A stretch of 64,000 nt of DNA from Octopus sinensis (Eukaryota): contig NC_043015.1 of the NCBI RefSeq assembly GCF_006345805.1, forward strand, positions 19,778,001-19,842,000, given 5' to 3'. The number at the start of each line of letters is the position of its first letter. Position 1 is the first letter of the stretch. The position numbers and the translations under genes were made by a program. Under the pieces are notes generated by a model. It saw only the letters and a program-made list of their open reading frames with translations. It did not search any database and was not told the DNA's origin. Shown in pieces: positions 23,601 through 38,368 of the stretch.

Positions 23601-26600
23601 ATGTCATGACAAGGAAACATACATACACTCTCACGCATATAACATATACACACACAAACACATAGGTGCAGGAGTGGCTGTGTGGTAAGAAGCTTACTTC
23701 TCAACCACATGTTTCTGGGTTCAGTCCCACAGCATGGCACCTTGGGCAAGTGTCTTCTACTATAGCCTCAGGCCAACCAAAGCCTTGTGAGAAGATTTGG
23801 AAAACGGAAACTGAAAGAAGCCCATCATATATATGTGTGTGTGTTTGTCCCCCACCATCACTTGACACTGATGCTGGTGTGTTTACATACCTGTAACTTA
23901 GCAGTTCAGCAAAGGAGACTGATAGAATAATTACTAGGCTTACAAAGAATAAGTTCTAAGGTTGATTTGGTTAATTAAAAGGGAGTGCTCCAACATGGCC
24001 ACAGTCAAATAATTGTAACAAAGTAAAAGAATAAAAGTATAATATACTCACACATCACACAATGCATACACGAACACACATACACACGTAAACACAAATG
24101 CACATACATACACACACACATAAACGTACTGTCTTTCAGACACACACACTTAATACTGAGTTCTCTTCCTCTTGTTTTTTCCAACATACCCTGATGAGTG
24201 TGTGTGTGTGTCTTAGTAGAATTGGTTGTGTGGTGAAGATGTTCACTTCCCAAACATGTCGTTTCAGGTTCAGTCCCACTGCATGGCACCTTGGTCAAGT
24301 ATCTTCTACTATAGCTATGATCCAACCAAAGCATGGTAGGTGGATTTAGGGGATAAGAAACTGAAAGAAGCCTTGTGTGTGTATGTGTCTGTTAATCTGT
24401 TTGTGTGTGTGTGTGTATGTGTGTCTGTTTTTTGTGTGTATGTGTGTCCTCTCCTTGTCATTTCCACAGTATGGCAGTTATAAGTAAGCATCAGCATCAT
24501 ATGAACTGTGTTGTTCATTTCAAATCTTTTGTGGAAAAACATATGTGGTCTTGGGAAAAGATCATCTTGTTCAGACGGAGATAAGGGTTAGGAACAGGAA
24601 TGAGATGTGACCATAGGAAATCTGCCACAAGTGGACATTAAAATGGTGATAATGAAAACAAGGAGAACAATTTCTCTTTAAAAAAGCAACTGTATTTACA
24701 AATCAAGACAAAGATAGTTAACATGATGTTTAGTATTTGTGTTTGAAGATATTTTGAGAAATATTGAAAAATGTTATAAATGGTTCTGCTTACATTAACG
24801 CTTTTGGAACTAACTTGCCTGAGACCACTTTGGGTTCTATGTTACACACTTCCTGATTTAAAGTGATGGAATTTAAAGCCTTCCATCAAAATTTTATGTT
24901 AATTTATGGTTTAACGTAGAACATAAATTAACTACACCTTAATAATGACAAAATTGGTTTATTCAGTTTGTCATCATTCTAAAAATTAATTGAAATAAAA
25001 GCAATATATTCCAACAGAAATATGGTAACAAAAGTGTTAAAGTAAATAACTCTTGTATAAATCTGTTTTGTAGGCTTAACTGAGGTTGATACGTTTTTGT
25101 AGAGGAGATCACACAGTAACTAACAGTCAACAGAGGTGGGGGTGGGTGTTGAAGGAAAAAAATAAAGTAGGTGAAAGAGGAAAGATGGGAAAAGTTCAAG
25201 TGAAGCAATTTCAGATGTCAACACATTTAATCTGGTAAAAATGGCAATTTCCAGTTTTGTAATAGATGCTTTTCAAAATGTCTGCATTTCCTGAATACCT
25301 CTGATCCTGTATTTAAATAGAGGTTTTGATTATGTAGGCATTTAAGAATTTTACTTTTCTCTGGACAGATCATATCTTTTACTTTCATTTTTCTAGGTTT
25401 TTTATCTTTCAATGATTTTCCATTTAAAACTGTAGTCTGAAGTGTTGGGTGATTTTGTGTGTTTGTTGCCCCTTTATGCTTAAAGGAGGATGTATGGTTA
25501 TAAAATCTTTGCTTAAATTTTCCCTCTATCACACTTGTGTAAAGTTTCCATGTCATTCTTAGGTTGGCTTCTACAGAGGTGACCTTTGCTTCATAAATCA
25601 TAGCTTCTATGCTGCAGGATTTATCTGCGTGATAAGTGTATGAGATAACATTTATGTATGTAGCTTATTTTTAGTTTGTGTCTCTTAAAGTTTTTTACAA
25701 CTATATTTGATTTTGACAGAGCAGTGCTTGTCTGTTAAGGTTAGAAAGTCTCTTGCTGTATTAAATCTAATATAATTAATATAACAGTCATGAAATATAT
25801 CCAGATATTGTGTAAATGCTAGTAACCGTCTAGAAATCAGTCCAAGGAGGTATTGATCTTCCTCACTGGTGCAACAGCATTTCTGATGGTGTGTGTAACA
25901 AGGGAGTGTCAGCATAAAACAGGTGGAATAAATACCACAAGGTATTTTTGTTTGACATACCATCTCACCAATGTGTATATCCTTCGTATACTCATATATA
26001 TATATATGATAATGTTAATGGACATTTGCCTGAGGTGCTGTACAATGGAATCATGTAGTTTGCATGGACTTTCAAATGACTGATATATCAAAAGGATATG
26101 TTATAATACTATTCCACATATACAAAAACAGTCATACCAGCAATCCAACATACCTCCATCATCAGCTGCCCCGTGGATATCATTATAGTTTTGACACTTG
26201 GACAGTACCATTCAATCCAATGGTGTCAACAGCACTAAAATAAGTGTTGTTTGGGAACAAACATACCAAACACATTTACAACCATATCAGTAAATAAATT
26301 CAGTAAGTAAATTCCAACCATATTGTTTTGGTACAAACAGGTGATAGCAATAAACAAAGATGCTGACACAATTATAGGAAACAGATGCTAACTATACTTA
26401 ACTATATAAACACACTTCAACAATATCCCTGTCTATATATCCTTCATCTTTAGCGTTTTTCAGTCATTGGACTGTGGCCATTCTGGGGCACCACCTTTGG
26501 GAAATTTTTGTTGAATGAATTAACCCAGTACTCATTTTTTAAGCCTGGTATTTATTTTAGTACCAGGCTTAAGCATGTTACAGGGACATAAGCATACCAC

Positions 26601-27515
26601 CAGTGGTCAAACGGTGATGGGAGACAAACATGGCATTAGGAAGGGCATGCGGCCAAAGAAACCATGCCCACAACAGACAGGTGGAGTCTGGACAGCTCCC
26701 TGCTAGCCAGCTCCAAGTTAAACAGTCCAACCCATGTAATATACATATATATACAGTAATCACTCACCATATCGCAGTTTACCTGTTGTGCCTGCAGTAC
26801 ATCGTGAGTTGTTCTGGTTAATATATGTAAATTTATATTGCGGACTCCACAGTATACGACGGGTTTCCGCAGCCGATAGGTATTTATATTTTTTTAGATG
26901 TAAATTTTTATCTGTGGTAAAACAAGCATTTTTACGCCTAAAAATTAATGAATTAATAAATAGTAATACAATACTACTGCACTGTGTAACACATAATTAA
27001 GATGCATTAAAAGATAATACGTAGAGTACCATCGATGAGTAAAAACAAAGAGTTGCATATACTGTATGGAAAACAAAACTCAGGAGGCGAGTGTGTGGTG
27101 TTGTTTGGCATTTATAATCAAATAAATATATACAAATAATAAAAATAATTAAAAAAATATACAGTACAGTACTGTTTCTACTTCGCAGATTCTCCCCTAT
27201 TTTGGCGGGTTTTGGCATGTAACACCCACAATAGTCGAGGGATTACTGTATGTGTGTGTGTATGTGTATATGTATTCATGTATGTATATATACATGAACG
27301 TGTGTGTATATGAGTGCATCTATGTATATATAGGCGCAGGAGTGGCTCTGTGGTAAGTAGCTTGCTTACCAACCACATGGCTCCGGGTTCAGTCCCACTG
27401 CACGGCACCATGGTCAAGTGTCTTCTACTATAGCCTCGGGCCAACCAAAGCCTTGTGAGTGGATTTGGTAGCTGGAAACTGAAAGAAGCTCGTCGTATAT
27501 GCATGTGTATATATG

Positions 27516-27549
<34 letters not shown>

Positions 27550-27567
27550 CATATATATATATATATA

Positions 27568-27608
<41 letters not shown>

Positions 27609-27925
27609 TTGTCCCCAAACATCGCTTGACAAATGATGCTGGTGTGTTTGCATCCCCGTAACTTAGCAGTTCGGGAAAAGAGACCAATAGAATAAGTCCT
27701 GGGGTCAATTTCTTCGACTAAAAAGGTGGTGCTCCAGCATGGTTGCAGTCAAATGACTGAAACAAGTGAAAGAGTAAAATAATATACATGTGTGTGTGTA
27801 TATGTGTGCATGTATGTATACATACATGTGTGTGTGTATGTATGCATGTATGTATATATATACAATTGTTTGTTTGTATTCCACCTGCCTTCGTCTTTTG
27901 TTTATTTTCATAAAGCTTCCCGTTT

Positions 27926-27958
<33 letters not shown>

Positions 27959-29048
27959 GTGTGTGTGTGTATAACTATATAATATGAATGTATAGGTGTG
28001 TGTATGTTTGTATATCCAAACAAAGCTGATGATTCATTCTGCTGTGACTCTGGGAGTTTCCCTTGTCTCTGCCATTCTTTTGTCACCTGAAAACTTGATT
28101 CAAAACAGGTAACACCTCTACATTTATTATTAAATACTTTTTCCCTACTAATATACCCCAACACACCTATTTATATATATATTACATTTATGTATCTAGG
28201 TTTAGAATATTTTCTTTTCATATTGCCGTTGATCAAGCAATTGACAATTTGTGTTTGTGAAAACAGGATTGAACGTCATAATAAAAAGCTATTTGGTCAA
28301 TGTTACATCCATTTTCTTTCATGCTGGAATGATTATGATTTGAAACAGGTTTCTCCCCTATGCAGCATCTTAGTACTATTCACAACACCTCATTGTGTGA
28401 TAAACACAGCAAAGAAAAACCACCAATTTTTGTTATTGAGTACACACCATGGTTTATTTATGTAGTTGTTCGTATGTGTGTGTTTATAAAAGGGCAACGT
28501 ATAAAGCTTTCAATCCTTGAGTTATTTTGTAATTTCTGCCAATTATAAATAAAATGCACACAAACATGTTTGGGGTCGTATTAATATTTTTGTTCAACCA
28601 AACCTAGGCACACACATACAGATATATTATATACACAGACCGACACCCTCCTAAAAATGTATAATGTGTATATGTATATATGTATGTATATGTGTGTGTG
28701 CATGTATGTAAATATATGCACATGTGTGTGTGTGAGTGTATATGTAACATTTTTGAAACTTTAGAATATTTTCTTAGCATATTACTCACATGTTGAACAA
28801 GCATTGCTATTTACATGTCATAAAATGGCTAAAACTGCTGGTGAAAATGTTTAAGTGTTAAGATGTTTGCTCCCCAACCACATGGTTTCAGGTTCAATCC
28901 TACAGCATGGCAGGTATCTTCTACAATAATCCTGGGCCATGCAAAGCCATGTCAATGAATTTGGTAGGTAGAAACTGAAAGAAACCCATTGTATGAGTGT
29001 GCCTGCATGTGTGTAATATGTATGTGTGTTTGTGTGAGTGTGTGTGTG

Positions 29049-29079
<31 letters not shown>

Positions 29080-29516
29080 TGTGTGTGTATATAGGGTAGG
29101 TGTAAAGGTATACAGTAAGTCTCACATGTTATAATACTTAATTAAAATTTTCTGGGTGTCCTGCTATTGGATGTCAGCTGGATGACTTTCCTCGGATATC
29201 TCTGGTGGTGTATTTCCAGTCTGTTGAGATCTTGTCTAAATTCTTTTATTCTTTTACTTGTTTCAGTCATTTGACTGTGGCCATGCTGGAGCACCACCTT
29301 TAGTCAAACAAATTGTAAGCCGAGTACTTATTCTATCAGTCTCTCTTGCCTAACTGCTAAGTTATGGGGATATAAACACACCAGCATCAGTTGTCAAGCG
29401 ATATGTTGTGTGTTCTCTGGTATTCAACTATTTTACACTATATTCTACACATGGAACACAACAACTTTGCTAGACATGATGATGATGGTGTTTTAATTGA
29501 AAAATATATGAGCAGG

Positions 29517-29557
<41 letters not shown>

Positions 29558-29734
29558 GGAGAGTGAATGAGTGAGTCAATGCAAAAGAGAGCAGAGGATA
29601 TGTAATGATTCAGATAGATAAATAGATTGATAGATAGACAGATATGTTGATAGATAGATAGATAGACAGATATATATATAGATAGATAGATAGACAGATA
29701 TGTAGATAGATAGATAGATAGATAGACAGATATG

Positions 29735-29773
<39 letters not shown>

Positions 29774-31634
29774 GCAGATAGATAGATATGTTTCTTTATT
29801 AGCCACACAGGGCTGCACACAGACGGGACAGATTACAAAGTAGAGCTTTTCTTTTTGGGGAGGAAAAAAAAAGTGGGGTAGGTTTTCGATCAAAAGGGAG
29901 TGTAAAAGGGGGGAAAAAAGGGAAAAAAGGGAAAGAAAAAAAAGAAAAAGAAAAAAACGATCAATAGGGATCACAGAAATGTCATGATGTAAAGTGTAAA
30001 GTGGGAAGCAGATAAGGTTTATCCATGGAAAGAAAAGTCTACGGAAAAGACCACAGTAACCTCGGTCAATAATGTTACATGTTACCACATTTGTTTGCAA
30101 GTAGGTAACCCTCTGTTTTAAATTTTTCCTGGTTCATAGGATTATGCTCAATGTGGTTTCTTCATTCATACATGCCATCCTTGCTACATTCACCCATCTT
30201 TTTTTTAAACATTCGCTAGACAAAACTTACCTCTCTATTCTCATTTTCCTTTTCAAGTGATACTTGAAGAAGTTGATGAGAGATTGACCAGAGAGGAAAG
30301 TGTTTGTCTCCAATCCTTCCAGACGTGTCCACCAGATACATTCTTTTGCCATAGCCACAAGGATGATGAAAATAGCTCTTCCTTCCCGTTTGAAGGAAGG
30401 AGGCGTGACAATATTGACAATAGACTCAGCTGATAAACCAACTCGTCCCACACATGACAGCAGTCATTTGACATAAGCCCACAGGTCGGAAATTGTTGGA
30501 CACTGCACGAGTGCGTGCAGAACAGTTTCATCGCTCTGGCCACATCTCGGGCAAGTCGGCCCCGAGTTTCTCGAGCCGTGTCTGTAGATCTTATCCAGAA
30601 CAGGTAGCGCTTCTCGGTAGCACTGCCAGGCCAGGGATCTCTGAAAGTTGTCCATGGGCCCTGGCCCGAAAGTCATCCTGAACAGGCGAGTCAGGTATTC
30701 CGATGGATAGATAGATAGATAGATAGATAGACAGACAGGCAGGCAGGCAGACGAACAGGCAGGCAGATGGATAGGCAGATAGATAGATAGATATCTGACT
30801 GAAGAAATATGAGAATGTATTGAAGTTATTGTATTGGTGAAAGACATTATCAGTAGTTTAATAAAAATATATTGACTTTTGTCTCTATAACATGTTGAGT
30901 ACTTCAAATACAACTCCATCCAAATGTGTTGAGTGGTTTTTTTTTCCAGTTTTTTTTTTCAGCTATCTGAGAAATAAATACAGAAACACACATACACACA
31001 CACATTAATGCTTGTTTCTTTGTCACGTTGTAATAAAACCAATTTAACATTAAACCGATGAAATTAATACTTTTTGTAGAGTTCATATTTTCTATGCTTT
31101 TGCAAGAAGAGAGGTGACAGTAACTTCGAAGTTTCAGTTAGCTAGCCTTCATCAGACTCTGAATCCATCAGAGGCTAGCAGGACAAAATTTTGAAATTGC
31201 AATCACTCTCACCTCTCTTCTTGTAAAAGTACAATACATATCATCATCGTCGTCGTCGTTTAACGTCTGCTTTCCATGCTAGCATGGGCTGGCGAACCAG
31301 ATGGCTGCACCAGGCTCCAGTCTTGATCTGGCAGAGTTTCTACAGCAGGATGCCCTTCCTAATGCCAACCACTCTGAGAGTGTAGTGGGTGCTTGAATTT
31401 TTTTACACATGCCAACGGCACAGGTGCCAGTAAGGCGATGCTGGTAACGATCCCACTTGAATGGTGCCTCCTACATGCAGCCCGCAAGGTAGCCAGTTAG
31501 CCGCTCTGGCAACGATCACGCTCAGATGGTGCTCTTAGCACCCTACTAGCACAGGGCACAAGTGCCAGTAAGGCGAGGCTGGCAACGATCACACTCGAAT
31601 GGTGCCTTTTGTGTGCCACTGGCACGGAAACCGG

Positions 31635-31718
<84 letters not shown>

Positions 31719-31958
31719 TGCAGGCATGGCTGTGGGGTAAGAAGCTTACTTCCCAACCACATGGTTCCAGGTTCAGTCCCACTGCAAGGCACCTTGGGCA
31801 AGTGTCTTCTACTATAGCTTCTGGCTGACCAAAGCCTTGTGAGTGGATTTGGTAGACAGATCTATCTATCTGTCTGTCTATTTATCTGTCTATCTATCAA
31901 TCTGTCTGTCTAATTGTCTATCTGTCTATTTATCTATCTCTATTTGTCTGTCTGACTG

Positions 31959-32004
<46 letters not shown>

Positions 32005-32453
32005 ACATCAGTGTGCATGTGTGTGTGTGTGTTAATACATTCCATTATTGCTGTTATTCTCATTGCTGTCCTTTCTTTTGTAGGAACACCGATTATACAA
32101 GAAGTAGGAGAGGATGTCGTGGTAACAGCTAGAGGTGAAGGACTTCGTAAAGGAGTATCAGGGAAAGAAGCCATTTTCTATATTGATTCTTCAGGCAAAC
32201 AAGGAGATATATTTGTAGAAGTTGATGGTGAGAATTGAATTAATGTTGATCTTCAAGTTTCTGGACGCAAATACCTTTGAATGTGTGTGTGTGTGTCTGT
32301 GTGGACAGGTATGTGGTCATAACATAGTTTGAGACATGTTTACATTAGTGTGTGCGTGCATGCATACTTAACATAATTTATAAACATCTGTGTGTGTTCG
32401 TGTGTACACGTATATCTAACATAGTTTATAAACATGCGTTTGAATATTAGTTG

Positions 32454-32485
<32 letters not shown>

Positions 32486-34858
32486 AGTGTGTGTATGTTT
32501 AAAACAGTTTATCAACAGCTGTGTTGTGTGCTAAGATGTCTGTGTGTGTGCATATACTTAACATAATTTATAGATATCTGTTAACATGTGTATATATGTA
32601 ACTGTTTATTTAACACACTTGATAATCATCTGTGTTTGTATGGATTTCTTTTATCAAATGGATTTCTTTGAATAAAATGTTTTTCTTTTTTGACATAAAA
32701 ATGACTAAATGGCTAAGATACTAAACAACCAGTCTGTTGATGGTGATTCATATGTCCGGTCACTGGTACTGTATACTGTATCCATGGCCAAGACAGTTAC
32801 CTCACAAATGGCTCAGTCCTTATCCACCAAAAGTTATACTTAGATACATGGCTGGTATGACCAACACATGACCCAGTTTAACACTCGCTGCATCAAGACA
32901 GGCATCCTATTTTAACCCTTTAGCATTTAAACTAACCCAACTCAACCCAAACTATTCTGTCTGTTTTTATGTTCAAACTGGCCAGATCCAACCTCTCACA
33001 CCTACCTTACAATGTCATTCTAAAAATAAACAGTCACATCATTGAAATCTCAAAGATAATGCATGATTAATTCAAAATAATGTGGATAAATAAGCATTAC
33101 ATTTGGCAGAGGAATGTGAATACCAAAGGTTTTAAATACTGACTCAGTTTCTTCTAACACATGCCAATTAGGAAAAGCAGACATAAACGCAATATTATTA
33201 TTCCCTTGCCACTTCGTGGTTCACATATAGCACTTTATTATTTAAGCTTACGTCAATTTCTCAATGGTGTTGTTTTGAATTTATAATAAAATATATACAA
33301 ATTATAAAAATAATTTTTAAAATACACAGCACAGTAGTGTTTCTACTTCGTGGATTTTCACCTGTTGCAGTGGGGTTTTGGAACGTAACACCCACAATAG
33401 TCGAGGGATTACTATAAAATATTTCATTTCTCAGAGTTCTCTAATTCACTGGCTCCTGTTAATTCTGTGAGAGCAAACAGCAACCTGTTGCCAAAGGTTT
33501 CACAGGATCTTTTTCCCACAAATTATGAGTCTTGGTACTTGGGTGTTAAGTTTCATAGAAAATATCCAACACTCAAGATCCTAGCTGTCCCTAATAAAGC
33601 AGTTTTGTGGGGCATGATTTACCCTCATGTCAATTCCAATTTCACTGATGAATTTCTCGAACTGTGTTGTTAGTACTCTAAGTGCCCCTGCAACTCCTGG
33701 GATGCCAGACACTTTCTTGCTTGGTAATGGTCTGTGTACTCATTATTATTATTATTATTATATTAGTGATGAAACCGTTCTGCACGCAATCGTTCAGTAC
33801 CCAAGTATATCTGATATATGGGTTTATGTCGAACACCTGCTGTCGCATACAGAACATGTCCACTTGTCAGCTGACTCCATCTTGAAGATTGCCCTGCCAC
33901 CTACCTTTGAGTAGAAAGGGGAGGCAATTTTTATCTGTCACATGGTTGTAGTGAAAGAGGTTGTGTGGTGATCTAGACTGAAAGGGTTGAAGATAAATAC
34001 TTTTCACTTTGGCCTACCCTTCATCAACTGTTTCAGATACCATCTGAAAAGGAAAGTGAGGGTTGAGAGAGAAGTGCTGACACAGATCATCTTCCAATGT
34101 GGTGAAGATAATCTGTGTCAACGGGTCTACTTTGAGAATACACTTTTGAGTTTCCAAGGCTGAGAGAGAGAAAGCTAGAGAGAGGGCTCATGCCCTAGTG
34201 GTCAGGGCACTTGAGGATTTTTCATGGGGTCTCCATGAGTAGCCCAGTGTTGCATGCCTCTTTTAAGCATTTTCTTTTGAGGTCAATTCCATAGTTTTTA
34301 GGTCAATTCCAGCATATGGAACTTTGGGAAATGTCTTTTACCATAGCATGAAACTGAACAATGCTTTGTGGGTAGAATTTGGTTCATGGAAAATCTATAG
34401 AAACTGTTCATGTAAAAAGCATTTGTGTGGGTGCTTAGTGTCACATGTAAAGCACCAGTCATGGTGGCATGTAAAAAATACACAGTACATTCTGTAAAAT
34501 GGTTAGTGTTAGGAAAGATACCCAGTCACAGAAACCAAGCCAAAACAGATTACATAATCTGGTACAGGCCCTGGCTTTACCAGTTCCTGCCAAACCATCC
34601 AACCCATGCCAGTTTGGGAAACAGACATTAAATGTTGATGATGATTGTAATACTAGTTTGTCTAAGTTCCATATTACTTAAAGAATCATGGCTGTATAAG
34701 ATATGACCATTTTATCTGATATCAGGAAAAGTGAGAGAGATTTGAGAAAAATTCAAGATGGCCTCTAGATGTTATATTCTAGACATTATATATTTGTATA
34801 TACTCTTTACTCTTTCCACCTATGTGGCTGCGGTCATGCTGAAGCACTACCATGATCT

Positions 34859-34891
<33 letters not shown>

Positions 34892-34895
34892 ATAT

Positions 34896-34964
<69 letters not shown>

Positions 34965-35279
34965 TCATCATCGTTTAACATCTGCTTTCCATGCTTGGTT
35001 AGACAGTTTGACTGAGAAGTGGCGAGCCAGATGGCTGCACCAGGCTCCAATCTGGTCTGGCAGTGTTTCTACAGCTGGATGCCCTTCCTAACACCAACCA
35101 CTCCAAGAGTATAGTGGGTGCTTTTACGTGCCACCAGCACGAGGGCTAATCCAGCAGCACTAACAACGACTTCGCTCGAATGTTGTTTTTCACGTGCCAC
35201 CAGAATAAGTGCCTGTAGGTGACGCTGGTAATGATCACGCTCAATTGGTGCTTTTTATGTGCCACCAGCACAGGAGCCA

Positions 35280-35313
<34 letters not shown>

Positions 35314-38300
35314 GGCTGCGTGTTGTGTTCTTGAGCAAGACACTTTATTTCACGTTGCTCCAGTTCACTCAGCTGTAGAAATGAGTTGCGACGTCACAGG
35401 TGCCAAGCTGTATCGACCTTTGTCTTTCCCTTGGATAACACTGGTGGCATGGAGAGGGGAGGCTGGTATGCATGGGCGACTACTGGTCTTCCATAAAACC
35501 TTGCCCAGACTTGTGCCTCAGAGGGTAACTCTCTAGGTGCAAACCCATGGTCACTCATGACCGAAGGGGGTTTTACCCTTTATATATAAATTTATAAATA
35601 AGGATAATATCAATATTTAAATATCGATATTATCAAGTGGCCAGCATGGGAAAAAACACCATACAAAGATAATATTTTTTACAACTAAAAATAAGGGTGT
35701 CTGAGAGACATAACTATGCCGAAATAGCAGTCAAATCCCTGACTCTAAAAACCATGTTAAATGTTCATATCGCACCATGCGATATATATATTCAGTAAAT
35801 CATACATCTGAAAGAGAAGCATTCTCTATGTTATAGAGCACTAGAGTATATAGATAAAGATAGACATGGCTGGTCTATGGTGTTACCCAGGTTTTACATC
35901 CATAAAGCACTTAACTTTACAACACTTTTTCAGACCCTACAAACAACATAGCCACATGTGTGTATGTGCATGTGTATGTGTGTGTACGCACGCGAGTGTG
36001 TATATGCATGTGTGTGTCCACCACTACTTGATAACTGGTATTGGTTGGTGTACATCCCCATAACATAGCAGTTCAGCAAAAGCAACTGATAGAATAAGGA
36101 CCAGACTTTAAAAATAAAAAAAATGTAGAGGAGTTGATTTGTTCAACTAAAACCCTTTGAGGTGGTGTCCCAGCATGGCCACAAACCAACAACTGAAACC
36201 TATAAACGATATATGAAATAAAATGCACAACACACACAAAACAAGATGGCAACAGTTTAACTTCCAACAGTTTAACTTTCAACCTAAAATCATCTTTGAT
36301 TTTCGGGGGGGGGGGGCTGTTTTTTTTCTGGGTTGTTTTTTTCTGTAAAAATACCTTTTATTTTTCCAACTTTCTTTTAAAATGTATTTTGTGTTATTTT
36401 TCATTTCTTTCCTAGGACCAAATTCTGTTGCCAAATGCAAAGTTACACCTCAATCTGATGGTACCCACAAAGTAACTTATATTCCAGTCGAAACTGGATC
36501 TTATTGTGTCACTGTCAGGTGGAACGGTAAAGATATAAAAGGTAAATCTCTGTCTTTCACAGCCACATCCAACCCCCATCTTTGCAACAGCAGTTCCCAT
36601 TAATTTTGCCTCCTTTTTTTTTTCTTTGTATGAATGTGTGTGTGTATGTATGTACATACATATGTATATATGCATGCATGTGTGTATGTGTGTATTATAT
36701 GTATATGTATATGTGTGTATGTATGCATCATCAGGTCACTGGAAGTGCTACTGGTACCATGTAGTCCAGTACAACCTGTTACATGGTCGGGTCATCGGCA
36801 ACTAAACTGGCAACCCACCTGTCAAAGGGCAGAAGAACTACAACGTAGTCAACGTGTGTCTGGAGTGCTTTGTGCGTGTGTGTTTGTGTGTGCTTTGTAT
36901 GTATCGCATTTTTTTTAAAACTCTGTATATGGTGTATATATTGCATTTTAAACTCTGTGTGTGTATATAAAATGTACATGTTGTATTGTCACTGTCCCTT
37001 GTCTCAGCCGAGGCGTTGTATCCCAGAAGAAGCGGAAGAACCATTTGGTCATCGGCTTAAATGGAATTTCGTGATCATTGGGACCTCGGTTTGATTAATG
37101 ACCAAGCAAAGGTTTATGAACTAGTCTACTCGTCATCGTCCATCAATGGGTGTGACTCCCTGATCTCGCTCTGCTGCCTTGTAGATAGACTTGTTAGTCA
37201 AAGGCTCCAGGTGGGGTCTCCTAAGCTAATCCCCTACTCCGGCCTAGGCAACCGGGTAGTATACGCCTACTGAAAACCATGGATCCTTTTCTCTCTTTTG
37301 CCATGGTTTGGATGGCATGGGCAGGAGGGGCTCATCAGCAACCCTCCTAGGAGAGGATAACTCCGACTTCAAACCTACGTCCTGAGGATCTAGCTGTCAC
37401 TGTCCCAGCTCGCTAGGCCATGGCAGATGAACCTCATGCTTAAAGGGTGGGGCCAGTTTGCACGCACTGCACTTCACCTTAAAACTCCCTAGCGCAGGCC
37501 AAAGGACATGTCCACATTCTGTGACCAGCCATCCTAAAAGCCCTGCAGCGATGTGAAAGGAGCAAATGCAGCAGGTGGAAGATGTCACTGGAAGCCGTAG
37601 TCTCAACCCTACATGTAGGCGGCTCAGGATTTTGGTCGCCTGGTTGTCGACCCGGAGGCAACAACACCACTCGGCAGCATCCTGAGCGACCAGGCAGCCC
37701 TATTTAGGGAGAGCACTGCCTGCTCCACATGAAGAGGGGCGGTAGAAAAGGTTCCCCTAAACAAAGCTCGTCTCCTCTATACCCAGTTGGCTAGCCATGG
37801 TCAACGGGCATCTTCAGAGCGGTTGAACAAACATGGAAACAAAACCGAAGAAAAGTAAGCAGGAGTTGAAAGTTGCCTACTGGAATGTCAGGACCATGCT
37901 TGACAAGGCTGACAGCAGCCACCCGGAACATCATTTGGCTCTCATAGCTCATGAACTCTCTCGTTTCAACATTGACATAGCAGCTGTCAGCAAGGTCCGC
38001 TTCACTGACGAGGGCAGCCTCAAAGAACGCGGCGCTGGCTACACCCTCTTCTGGTCCGGAAAACCATAATCTGAAAAACGTGTGTCGGGTGTAGGACTCA
38101 TGGTGAGGAATTCCATCACCTCCAAACTGGAAACGTTACCCACGGGCCACTCGGACTGCATCATATCCATGCGCCTACCACTGGAGAGCAAACAACATCT
38201 CATACTCTTTAGCGTTTATGCTCCAACTCTACTGGCAAATCCTGCGGACAAAGACAGCTTCTATTCTTATTTCTTTATTGCCCACAAGGTGCTAAACATA

Positions 38301-38336
38301 GAGGGGACAAACAAGGACAGACAAAGGGATTAAGTC

Positions 38337-38368
<32 letters not shown>

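Noticed and set aside
28029-28108. Short signal-peptide-like ORF ([26 protein letters not shown]) ending at a cag|gtaaca donor in intron 1
   Set aside because: The donor is phase 2 in this frame and cannot join the phase-1 exon 2; there is no other support.
37200-37240. HDV-like ribozyme in the RTE leader (GCTAAT motif)
   Set aside because: The complementary segment is immediately adjacent, giving a simple hairpin; P1, P3, L3 and P1.1 could not be assembled.
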